From NCBI GenBank assembly GCA_913775025.1, contig CAJYJW010000086.1, positions 27,205-91,204 on the forward strand: a DNA stretch of 64,000 nucleotides. Reading direction: 5' to 3'. Below are positions 56,433 to 64,000 of the stretch, piece after piece. The stretch comes from an uncultured Sphingomonas sp. Its GTDB lineage: Bacteria; Pseudomonadota; Alphaproteobacteria; Sphingomonadales; Sphingomonadaceae. The notes beneath the pieces were generated by a model. The model did not search any database, was not told where the DNA came from, and was given only the letters and a program-made list of their open reading frames with translations. Both the position numbers and the translations under genes were made by a program. The stretch's first letter is position 1. Every line of letters begins with the position of its first letter.

Positions 56433-58550
56433 ATGTCCATGAACCCCGAAGACGCGGTCCGCTACGAAGTGCGCGACGAGGTGGCGGTCCTCACGATCGA
56501 CTTCCCGCCGGTTAATGCGCTGGGCGCGCCGATGCGCGAGGGCATGATGCTGCGGCTCGCCCAGGCCCAGAACGACGCAGGCGTGAAGGCGATCGTCGTG
56601 ATCGGCGCCAACGACCGCTTCGTCGCCGGTGCCGATATCCGCGAGTTCGGCAAGCCGAAGCACGGCCCTGAACTGCACGCGATCCAGGAGGTGCTGGAGA
56701 ACAGCGAGAAGCCGGTCGTCTGCGCGATCGACGGACACGCTCTGGGGGGTGGCCTCGAACTGGCGCTGGCCGCACCCTACCGGGTCGCGGCCTCGCGCGC
56801 CAAGATCGGGCTTCCAGAAGTTCACCTCGGCCTGCTGCCCGGCGCCGGGGGCACGCAGCGCGCCACCCGCATCGCCGGCCCGAAGGTTGCGCTCGACCTC
56901 ATCCTCAACGGCAAGCACATCAGCGCCGCCAATGGCCGTGATCTGGGCCTGATCGACGAGGTAACCGACGGACCCGTGCTGGACGCCGCGATCGCCTTCG
57001 CCAAGGCTCGCGCGACAGAGGGCGGTCCCTTCCCGAAAACGGTGGAACGGACTGACAAGGTGCAGAACGTCGATCCGGCGATCTTCGAGAAGGAGCGTCA
57101 GGCCGGCGCAAAGAAGTGGCAGGGCATGGTCGCCCCGTTCAAGATCGTCGACTGCATCGAGGCGGCCTGCACGCTTGGGCCGCGCGAGGGTCTCGCGTTC
57201 GAGAAGGAGGCGTTCAAGGTCTGCCTCGAGTCGCCGAGCCGCGCCGCGCAGGTCCACCTGTTCTTCGCCGAGCGGCAGGCCGCCAAGATCGATGGGCTGC
57301 CCGCCGACGTGAAGCCGCGGCCGATCGGCAAAGTCGGCGTCATCGGTGCCGGCACGATGGGCGGCGGCATCGCCATGTCGTGCGTCAACGTCGGCCTGCC
57401 CGTCGTTTTGCTTGAGGTGAAGCAGGACGCGCTCGACGCCGGCCTCGCCAAGGTGAAGTCCAACTACGACATTTCGGTGAAGCGCGGCTCCCGCAGCCAG
57501 GCGCAGGTCGACAAGGCCATGGGGCTGATCACTACGACCCTCGACTATGCCGATTTCCACGACTGCGACATCGTGATCGAGGCGGTGTTCGAAAATATGG
57601 CGGTGAAGAAGGAAATCTTCGCGAAACTCGACGAGGTCTGCAAGCCAGGCGCGATCCTCGCCACCAACACCTCGGCGCTCGACATCGACGAGATCGCGTC
57701 GGCCACGAAGCGTCCCGAGGATGTGATCGGCACGCACTTCTTTTCGCCCGCCAACGTTATGAAGCTGCTGGAAAATGTGCGCGGCGCGAAATCTTCGCCG
57801 GAGACGATCGCAACGGTGATGGCGTTCGGCAAGCAGATCGGCAAGGTGCCGGTGCTGGCCGGCAATTGCGAAGGCTTCATCGGCAATCGCATGCTGAAGG
57901 CTTACGGCACAGAGTCCGAGCATCTGCTGGAGGAAGGCGCGACGCCGGCCTCGATCGACAAGGCGCTGAAGGATTTCGGCTTCCCGATGGGCATTTTCCT
58001 GATGCGCGACATGGCCGGGCTCGATGTCGGCTACCGCATGCGGCAGGGCCGCATCGAGGCGGGGGCGCTCGATCCGGACGCGCCGAGCTACACCCCGCTC
58101 GCCGATCGCATCGTAGAGGCCGGGCGGCTCGGCCAGAAGACGGGCGCCGGCTATTATAAATATGAGGGCCGGGACGCCACCCCCGATCCTGATGTCGAGC
58201 GGATGCTGATCGAGATCGCCGAGAAAAAGGGCATCAACCGGCGTGAGATCGGCGACGAGGAGATCGTCGACCGTATCCTTGGTGCGATGGTCAACGAGGG
58301 CGCCAAGATCCTGGAGGAAGGGATCGCCCAGCGTGCCAGCGATATCGATGTGACCTACGTGTTCGGCTACGGCTTCCCTAAATATCGCGGCGGCCCGATG
58401 TTCTGGGCGCAGCAGAAGGGGCTCGACAAGGTGCTCGAGATCGTCCGCGCCAACCATGCCGCCGCAGGGGACCGCTGGAAGCCGGCCAAGCTTCTGGAGG
58501 AGCGCTCCGCCGCCGGTCAGACCTGGGACGGCAAGCAGGCCGCCGCCTGA
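56433..58550 (+). CDS. bifunctional enoyl-CoA hydratase / (S)-3-hydroxyacyl-CoA dehydrogenase (FadB/FadJ type)
   Basis: Trimmed to the ATG at 56433. 705 aa. Crotonase domain: VLTIDFPPVNAL, VVIGANDRFVAGADI. NAD domain: VGVIGAGTMGGGIA. Confidence 0.92.
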   Translation: MSMNPEDAVRYEVRDEVAVLTIDFPPVNALGAPMREGMMLRLAQAQNDAGVKAIVVIGANDRFVAGADIREFGKPKHGPELHAIQEVLENSEKPVVCAIDGHALGGGLELALAAPYRVAASRAKIGLPEVHLGLLPGAGGTQRATRIAGPKVALDLILNGKHISAANGRDLGLIDEVTDGPVLDAAIAFAKARATEGGPFPKTVERTDKVQNVDPAIFEKERQAGAKKWQGMVAPFKIVDCIEAACTLGPREGLAFEKEAFKVCLESPSRAAQVHLFFAERQAAKIDGLPADVKPRPIGKVGVIGAGTMGGGIAMSCVNVGLPVVLLEVKQDALDAGLAKVKSNYDISVKRGSRSQAQVDKAMGLITTTLDYADFHDCDIVIEAVFENMAVKKEIFAKLDEVCKPGAILATNTSALDIDEIASATKRPEDVIGTHFFSPANVMKLLENVRGAKSSPETIATVMAFGKQIGKVPVLAGNCEGFIGNRMLKAYGTESEHLLEEGATPASIDKALKDFGFPMGIFLMRDMAGLDVGYRMRQGRIEAGALDPDAPSYTPLADRIVEAGRLGQKTGAGYYKYEGRDATPDPDVERMLIEIAEKKGINRREIGDEEIVDRILGAMVNEGAKILEEGIAQRASDIDVTYVFGYGFPKYRGGPMFWAQQKGLDKVLEIVRANHAAAGDRWKPAKLLEERSAAGQTWDGKQAAA

Positions 58551-58563
58551 ACCAAGCCGGACC

Positions 58564-58591
58564 ACCGGGTCGGTGAACACCGATCCGGTGT
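58564..58591 (+). terminator. hairpin after the fadB-like gene (13-bp arms, one mismatch)
   Basis: caccgggtcggtg-aa-caccgatccggtg starts 14 nt after the stop. No U-tract follows. Confidence 0.4.
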
Positions 58592-58703
58592 CGACCGCAG
58601 ACAGAGCGAGAAGGCGTGTGTTGGCCGGCTCGGCACTGTCCTCACGATATGGGATCGCCGGCGCGTCAGAGCTGGCGTATGAAACCCGAAGGGGTGGGAC
58701 CGC

Positions 58704-58923
58704 GTGTTCGCGGTCGACGTCACCGCCGCCTTCCTGATCGCGAGGGTGGCGGTGCCGCTGATGCTGGCGGGCGGCAGCGGCACCGCCTTCGCCCCACGTC
58801 TCGTCCACCGGGCGGTAAGGTCAAACGATGGGTATCATGAACGCCGCACTCTACGTCGCCAGCCGCGAGGCGGCCTTGGTCAACGGTCAGGAGATCGATG
58901 TCGATGGCGGCAAGATCCAGTAG
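58704..58923 (+). pseudogene. SDR relic with internal deletion and frameshift
   Basis: FAVDVTAAFLIARVAVPLMLAGGSG (mid-SDR helix) is followed about 40 codons later, in another frame, by MGIMNAALYVASREAALVNGQEIDVDGGKIQ and a stop (SDR C-terminus). The Rossmann motif and the S/YxxxK catalytic region are absent. Confidence 0.55.
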
Positions 58924-59447
58924 GCGCCGGGCTGTTCCAGCAAATGGCCAGCACATCGTCCGCGGCAGGTGACAGCATGGTACCCGATTGTTTCCAACGC
59001 TATCTAAGCATCGCCTTCGAGCAGTAGGACAGTATCCTCAGTTGCTTCCGAAACGGCACCACACCGCATGACGCTGTGCGTCTTGCTCAAGGCTTGGCTG
59101 CGTGGTTCCAGCGACGGCAAGATCTCGAAGTGGCCGGCCACGCTCGGATCACCCGACGCGAGGGCGAAACGACGCCTGCGCGCAGATGTCGCTGCGACGC
59201 GCGCGATTATCGGGTTCAGGGACGTCCGTCACCGGGGTTCCTTCGTTTGCTACGGCTGACGCCAATGCGCGCTGTCCGGCCGCTGCGATCCCGTCGCATG
59301 GGAACATGAACGAGGGTCTGAAGCGGGGGAGGGCTAAAGGCTGCGCGAGGGGCTGCTTCTGGTCTTGGTGGCCAAGGATCAGTCACCCGTCGATGTCCAA
59401 GAGCAGTCATCAGACAGATGACCGCCGAGCCAGGAGGTGCCATTCAA

Positions 59448-60200
59448 TCAGGCAGGGTTCTGCGGTGCCGTCGCGATGCTCGACAGGTCGGTCGCCGTAT
59501 TGATCGGTAGGCCGGCGTCTTTCCGCTCCGAATACCGGTCGACCAGCTGGTTGGAATGAGGGCGCAGCAGAATCGTGAAGCGGACCAGTTCCTCCATCAC
59601 GTCGACGATTCGGTCATAGTAGCTGGACGGCTTCATGCGGCCCGCGTGGTCGAACTCTTCGAACGCCTTGGCGACGCTCGACTGGTTCGGGATCGTCACC
59701 ATCCGCATCCATCGCCCTAGAACGCGCAGGGTGTTCACGCTGTTGAACGACTGCGATCCGGCAGACACCTGCATGACGGCGAGAGTGCGGCCCTGCGTCG
59801 GGCGCATCCCGCCCATCGACAGCGGCAGGTGGTCGACCTGCAGCTTCATGATGCCGGTGATCTGGCCGTGCCGCTCCGGACTGCACCATACCTGCCCTTC
59901 CGACCACATCGACAGTTCGCGCAGCTCGTGGACGGCGGGATGGTCGTCGCCGGCCACCTGATCCGGCAAAGGCAGGAGAGATGGATCGAAAATGCGCGTC
60001 TCCGCGCCGAAGGACCGCAGCAGGCGCGCCGCCTCCTCGATGCACAGCCGGGAATAGGACCGCTCGCGCAGGGATCCGTAAAGCAGCAGGAACCGCGGGG
60101 GCGGGTCGCTTGCGCCCAGCCCCACCGCAGGCCTGTCGAGCGCGTAGTGGCGATCGAGCGCAGGCAGGTGGTCTGGGTCGGTGAGGGTGCGGAGAGGCAT
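59448..60200 (-). CDS. arsH: arsenical resistance protein ArsH (NADPH-dependent FMN reductase)
   Basis: Motifs: [31 protein letters not shown]. Trimmed to the ATG at 60200, because the track start overlaps arsB. Confidence 0.88.
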   Translation of the reverse strand: MPLRTLTDPDHLPALDRHYALDRPAVGLGASDPPPRFLLLYGSLRERSYSRLCIEEAARLLRSFGAETRIFDPSLLPLPDQVAGDDHPAVHELRELSMWSEGQVWCSPERHGQITGIMKLQVDHLPLSMGGMRPTQGRTLAVMQVSAGSQSFNSVNTLRVLGRWMRMVTIPNQSSVAKAFEEFDHAGRMKPSSYYDRIVDVMEELVRFTILLRPHSNQLVDRYSERKDAGLPINTATDLSSIATAPQNPA

Positions 60201-60240
60201 TAGGTGGCGTTCCCGATAAAGTTCAGGGGGGCACCGCGGC

Positions 60241-61527
60241 TCATCCGGCGTTGATCCGGATCGCCAGTGCAACGAGCGTGACCAGCAGCACGGGGACGGT
60301 CAGCGTCGCGCCGACGCGGAAGTAGTAGCCCCAGCCGATGCGAATGCCCTTCTGCCCGAGAACGTGCAGCCAGAGCAGCGTCGCGAGCGACCCGATCGGC
60401 GTGATCTTCGGGCCGAGGTCGCAGCCGATCACGTTGGCATAGACCATCGCTTCCCTAACGGCGCCCGTGGCGTGGGTCGCGTCGATCGACAGGGCGCCGA
60501 CCAGGACCGTCGGCATGTTGTTCATCACCGACGACAGCAGCGCGGCGATGATGCCGGTGCCGAACGCCGCACCCCAGACGCCGCCTTGGGCGGCGCGGTC
60601 GAGGAGACCGGCGAGATGGTCGGTCAAACCTGCGCTTCGCAGGCCGTAGACGACCAGGTACATGCCAAGCGAGAAGATCACGACCTGCCAAGGTGCGCCG
60701 CGCGCGACCTTGCGGATCTCGATGACGTGACCGCGCCCGGCGATGGCGAGCAGCAGAACCGCGCCGGCAGCGGCGACGGCGCTGACCGGAACGCCGATGG
60801 GTTCGAGCAGGAAGAAGCCGGTCAGGAGAGCGGCAAGGACGACCCAGCCCGCCTTGAACGTGGCGGGATCCCGGATCGCGTCGGCCGGCGTGCGAAGCTG
60901 CGCGACGTCGTAGCTGGTCGGCACGTCGCGGAGGAAGAACAGCAGCAGCACGACCAGCGTCGCGGCGATCGATGCGAGGTCCACCGGCACCATCACTGAG
61001 GCGTAGTCGGCAAAGCCGATGCGAAAGAAGTCGGCCGACACGATGTTGACCAGATTGGAGACGATCAGCGGCAGGCTGGCCGTGTCGGCGACGAAACCGG
61101 CCGCCATGACGAAGGCCAGCGTCGCCCTGTCCCGGTAGCCGAGTGCCCGCAGCATGGCGATGACGATCGGGGTCAGGATCAGCGCGGCGCCGTCGTTGGC
61201 GAACAACGCCGACACGGCTGCGCCGAGGAGGACGATCAGGACGAACAGGCGTCGGCCGTGTCCGCCGCCCCACCGGGCGACGTGCAGCGCTGCCCATTCG
61301 AAGAAGCCGGCCTCGTCCAGCAATAGGCTGACGATAATGATCGCGACGAACGTCGCGGTCGCGTTCCAGACGATGCCCCACACCACCGGCACATCGGAGA
61401 GCGAGACCACCCCGGCGAGCAGCGCCACGGCGGCTCCGCCCATGGCGCTCCACCCGATGCCGAGGCCCCGGGGCTGCCAGATGACCAGTGCGATCGTGAC
61501 GACGAAGATGGCGAGGGCGAGAAACAT
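60241..61527 (-). CDS. arsB: arsenite efflux permease ArsB
   Basis: 428-aa polytopic membrane protein with an ArsB-type N-terminus ([13 protein letters not shown]...) and the typical ArsB length. Confidence 0.9.
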   Translation of the reverse strand: MFLALAIFVVTIALVIWQPRGLGIGWSAMGGAAVALLAGVVSLSDVPVVWGIVWNATATFVAIIIVSLLLDEAGFFEWAALHVARWGGGHGRRLFVLIVLLGAAVSALFANDGAALILTPIVIAMLRALGYRDRATLAFVMAAGFVADTASLPLIVSNLVNIVSADFFRIGFADYASVMVPVDLASIAATLVVLLLFFLRDVPTSYDVAQLRTPADAIRDPATFKAGWVVLAALLTGFFLLEPIGVPVSAVAAAGAVLLLAIAGRGHVIEIRKVARGAPWQVVIFSLGMYLVVYGLRSAGLTDHLAGLLDRAAQGGVWGAAFGTGIIAALLSSVMNNMPTVLVGALSIDATHATGAVREAMVYANVIGCDLGPKITPIGSLATLLWLHVLGQKGIRIGWGYYFRVGATLTVPVLLVTLVALAIRINAG

Positions 61528-61955
61528 CAGGCGATGCGAAGCCCCGAGGCGTCCACCACCTGTTCGCCATCCTCCTTGGCGAACGCGCCCCGCTGCGGCT
61601 TGGGCAGCAGGTCGAGGACGGCCTCCGACGGCCGGCAGAGCTTCACGCCGAGCGGCGAAACGACCAACGGCCGGTTGATGAGGACCGGGTGCGCCATCAT
61701 GGCATCGAGCAGGGCGTCGTCGGTCAGCGAGGTGTCGCCGAGGCCGAGTTCGGCGTAGGGCGTGCCTTTCTCGCGCAACAGATCGCGGGGAGACATGCCG
61801 GCGCGGTCGATCAGCTCGACCAGCAGGGCACGGGACGGCGGGGTCTTCAAATACTCCACGACGTGCGGCTCGATCCCGGCGTTGCGGATCATTGCCAGCG
61901 TGTTGCGGGACGTGCCGCAGGCGGGGTTGTGGTAGATCACGACGTCGACGGCCAT
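61527..61955 (-). CDS. arsC: glutaredoxin-dependent arsenate reductase ArsC
   Basis: Trimmed to the ATG at 61955. [16 protein letters not shown] matches the R773 ArsC active site. The stop overlaps the arsB start by 1 nt. Confidence 0.9.
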   Translation of the reverse strand: MAVDVVIYHNPACGTSRNTLAMIRNAGIEPHVVEYLKTPPSRALLVELIDRAGMSPRDLLREKGTPYAELGLGDTSLTDDALLDAMMAHPVLINRPLVVSPLGVKLCRPSEAVLDLLPKPQRGAFAKEDGEQVVDASGLRIA

Positions 61956-61966
61956 GGCGCGCCCTT

Positions 61967-62299
61967 TCAGCAGCAGGGGGAGAGTTCGGCGAGGAGGGGG
62001 GCGCACAACTCAGGCGAGCCGGCGCAGCAGTCCTTGACCAGGAACAGCGTCAGCGCCCGCAGGCCATCGATGTCGGCTCGGTAGATGATGGATCGGCTGT
62101 GCCGCTCGGATCGGACGATGCCGGCGCGCGCCAAGATCCCGAGATGCGCCGACATGGTGTTCTGCGGCACGTTTAGCTGTCGGGCGATCTCTCCCGCCGC
62201 CATGCCGGTCGGCTCATACCGGACCAGCAGGCGGAAAACGTCGAGGCGGGTGCCCTGTGCGAGCGCGCCTAGGGCAACGATGGCCAATTCAGTATCCAT
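61967..62299 (-). CDS. arsR: ArsR/SmtB-family metalloregulator
   Basis: 110 aa. wHTH: [29 protein letters not shown]. It has a C-terminal Cys cluster ([10 protein letters not shown]...SPCC) instead of the helix-3 ELCVCDL site. Confidence 0.88.
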   Translation of the reverse strand: MDTELAIVALGALAQGTRLDVFRLLVRYEPTGMAAGEIARQLNVPQNTMSAHLGILARAGIVRSERHSRSIIYRADIDGLRALTLFLVKDCCAGSPELCAPLLAELSPCC

Positions 62300-62321
62300 A
62301 TATCCAGCATAGCAGATATAT
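62298..62321. promoter_or_regulatory. inverted repeat ATATATC-N10-GATATAT at the arsR start
   Basis: Read directly. The left arm overlaps the arsR ATG (62299) and the right arm lies 16-22 nt upstream. Candidate ArsR operator. Confidence 0.3.
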
Positions 62322-62444
62322 TACACTCAGCAACAAGGTTCGAAACGCGGCATATCGCTCCACCGAAGCGATGAACGGTCGCCTGACGTTGGTTCGAAGG
62401 AATGGGGGTGTGAATGGCCGGGATGGGTCTGGCCCTTCGTTCAG

Positions 62445-62999
62445 CTATTCATGTCGCAGCCGTCCGGAGCTGTCTTGGAGCAGCCAGAAGCGGGTATATC
62501 GCTGCAGGCGAGGCAGGATGACCCATTGCAGCATCGCGGTGAGCAATAAGGACGAGGGCAGAAGCTGAAGCGGCTGAGGGACATCCTTCAATAGCATTCG
62601 CATTACCAGACTGACGACGAGCAAAACCGGAAAGACGGTCAGCCACGTCGTCACGAAACGCTTCCACTTGCTCGCGCTTGCGTCGCTGGGCAGTTCGAAG
62701 CTGACGCGATCACCGCTTTTGGTCTGATGAAGCGCAGTCGAGAAGTCATTGGCGAGCGCGACATGCTCGCACACCGATTTATCAGCTTCCCAAGCGTCCG
62801 CCGAGTGCCGATTATCGAAGCGAAACAGCAGATGCTGGAAGCCTGCGGTCTGGCCAAGTCGGATAGCCGCGCGGTATCCCGGCGCAGCACGGGCAAGACT
62901 ATAAAGCCCGTCGACCCACGTCTCGAAATCCTCTTCCCGGCCGGCTCGGATGGCCCGACTGGTAACGATCGTTGCGGTCTGATCGGGATCTGATGGCAT
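62445..62999 (-). CDS. membrane-anchored ABM (antibiotic-biosynthesis-monooxygenase)-like protein
   Basis: 184 aa. The N-terminal 95 aa are ferredoxin-like (..IRAGREEDFETWVDGL...FQHLLFRFDN..SADAW..). The C-terminal half has 2-3 hydrophobic helices. G+C is lower than in the catabolic genes. Confidence 0.6.
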   Translation of the reverse strand: MPSDPDQTATIVTSRAIRAGREEDFETWVDGLYSLARAAPGYRAAIRLGQTAGFQHLLFRFDNRHSADAWEADKSVCEHVALANDFSTALHQTKSGDRVSFELPSDASASKWKRFVTTWLTVFPVLLVVSLVMRMLLKDVPQPLQLLPSSLLLTAMLQWVILPRLQRYTRFWLLQDSSGRLRHE

Positions 63000-63192
63000 G
63001 GTTCGGTGAACGTATCGATGTCCACCTCGTTGCCGATTACCTCCGTGCTTATGTTTTGGGTCCTGCCCAACCGGATCCTATACCGGCCGCCTCTGACGCC
63101 TGCGGCCGGCGGGCGGCAACGAAAAACGATATCCGGTGTTCGATCGCGAGTGACATGCCCGCCGACGCGGTTGGCAAAACGGGGGAAGGGAA

Positions 63193-64000
63193 ATGCCGCC
63201 TATCCTATCAACGACCGTGGCCCGGGGGGGCAGCCGGCGGTCGATGATCCTCGGCGCGGGTGCGATGCTCGCCCTGGCAGCATCCCCTGCGTGGGCAGGT
63301 CTGCTTGCAGATAAAATCCTGGGTCCCGATGCCCGGCTGACGACAGTCTATTCCGGCGGGCGCTGGATGGAGGGGCCGGCGTGGGATCGGCGTGCGGGTC
63401 GGCTGGTATGTAGCGACGTCAAGTCGAACATGATCTTGTCGATCGCGCCCGGTCAGGCGCCGGTGCCGCTTCGTGATCCTTCGAACAACGCCAATGGCAA
63501 CGCTTTCGACCGCGAGGGGCGGCTTGTCAGTTGCGAGCATCTGACGCGGCGCGTGGTGCGCCAGGAGAAGGATGGGCGGGTCACCGTGCTTGCCGACCGC
63601 CATCAGGGCAGGCGGCTCAACGCGCCCAATGATCTCGTGGTCGCGGCGGACGGGGCGATCTGGTTCACCGACCCCGTGTTCGGCATCACCATAGCCGACG
63701 AGGGGCTGCCTGCCGAGCCCGAGCAGCACGGGCGCTTCGTCTATCGCATCGATCCGGTCGGCGGCCTCAGCGTCGTGGCCGATGGCTTTGACCAGCCTAA
63801 CGGCATCGTCTTCGCCCCTGATGGGCGGACGCTTTACGTTACTGATACGGGCGGCGCCTTGAATGCCGAGGGGCCGCGCGAAATACGCGCGTTCGACGTG
63901 GTCGACGGGGTCCGGCTGGTGCGTGAGCGGCGTTTCGCGAAGATCGATCACGGCATTCCCGACGGTCTGACCGTCGACACACAGGGCCGCGTCTATGCCG
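63193..64000 (+). CDS. SMP-30/gluconolactonase/LRE-family protein with Tat-type signal (3' end outside the window)
   Basis: Not in the ORF track because there is no stop in the window. ATG at 63193 after GGGGGAAGGGAA. Signal: MPPILSTTVARGGSRRSMILGAGAMLALAASPAWA. Then EGPAWD, NGNAFDREGRL, NAPNDLVV..DGAIWFTDP, PNGIVFAPDG, PDGLTVD. The antisense ORF 63208..63951 is rejected. Confidence 0.85.
   Translation, partial: MPPILSTTVARGGSRRSMILGAGAMLALAASPAWAGLLADKILGPDARLTTVYSGGRWMEGPAWDRRAGRLVCSDVKSNMILSIAPGQAPVPLRDPSNNANGNAFDREGRLVSCEHLTRRVVRQEKDGRVTVLADRHQGRRLNAPNDLVVAADGAIWFTDPVFGITIADEGLPAEPEQHGRFVYRIDPVGGLSVVADGFDQPNGIVFAPDGRTLYVTDTGGALNAEGPREIRAFDVVDGVRLVRERRFAKIDHGIPDGLTVDTQGRVYA

Noticed and set aside
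56406-58808. 800-aa minus-strand ORF
   Set aside because: It is antisense to the FadB-type gene, whose motifs are unambiguous. It has low-complexity Arg/Gly/Asp-rich composition.

Overview
This is a high-GC, sphingomonad-like (inferred) catabolic supercluster, not a housekeeping region. All product calls come from motifs read by eye; nothing was checked against a database.

About 50 intact CDS are supportable:
- three cytochrome P450s and two TonB-dependent receptors
- five crotonase-family enzymes plus a FadB-type bifunctional enzyme
- two adjacent acyl-CoA dehydrogenase (ACAD) pairs, a thiolase, two acyl-CoA synthetases and a family-III CoA-transferase
- classical and MFE-2-type SDRs, three hotdog/TesB thioesterases, a GMC oxidoreductase with an aldehyde dehydrogenase
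- NTF2/SnoaL-like proteins, an amidohydrolase, an MFS transporter, two IclR regulators and one GntR regulator
- an arsR-arsC-arsB-arsH operon (59.4-62.3 kb)
- a 3'-truncated Tat-signal SMP-30/gluconolactonase gene (63193 to the window end) that the ORF track misses because it has no stop

Many long ORFs in the track are antisense shadow ORFs or carry false N-terminal extensions. I trimmed starts to SD-preceded ATG/GTG/TTG codons.

Most notable observations:
1. Two inverted, dead IS3-family copies (about 119 nt alignable by eye) bracket an 18.5-kb P450/TonB-receptor module (2733-21266). An IS630/IS5/IS3 graveyard lies at 19.5-22.2 kb.
2. About nine decayed catabolic paralogues sit in what look like intergenic gaps (crotonase, 2 SDR, 2 NTF2-like, flavin reductase, amidohydrolase stub, formate-dehydrogenase fragment, one unknown).
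3. Three tightly overlapped operons stand out: TauD-like/37-aa ORF/SDR/P450/SnoaL; crotonase/PaaI/FAD oxidase/GMC/ALDH; and tesB to the MFE-2-type SDR.
4. A lipoyl-less stand-alone E2 acyltransferase domain is present.
5. The TauD-like protein appears to lack its HxD iron ligands.

Overall the cluster looks like a beta-oxidation-type side-chain degradation system for a bulky hydrophobic acid (steroid, bile acid or isoprenoid-like). This is inference only. I recognised no rRNA, tRNA or CRISPR.
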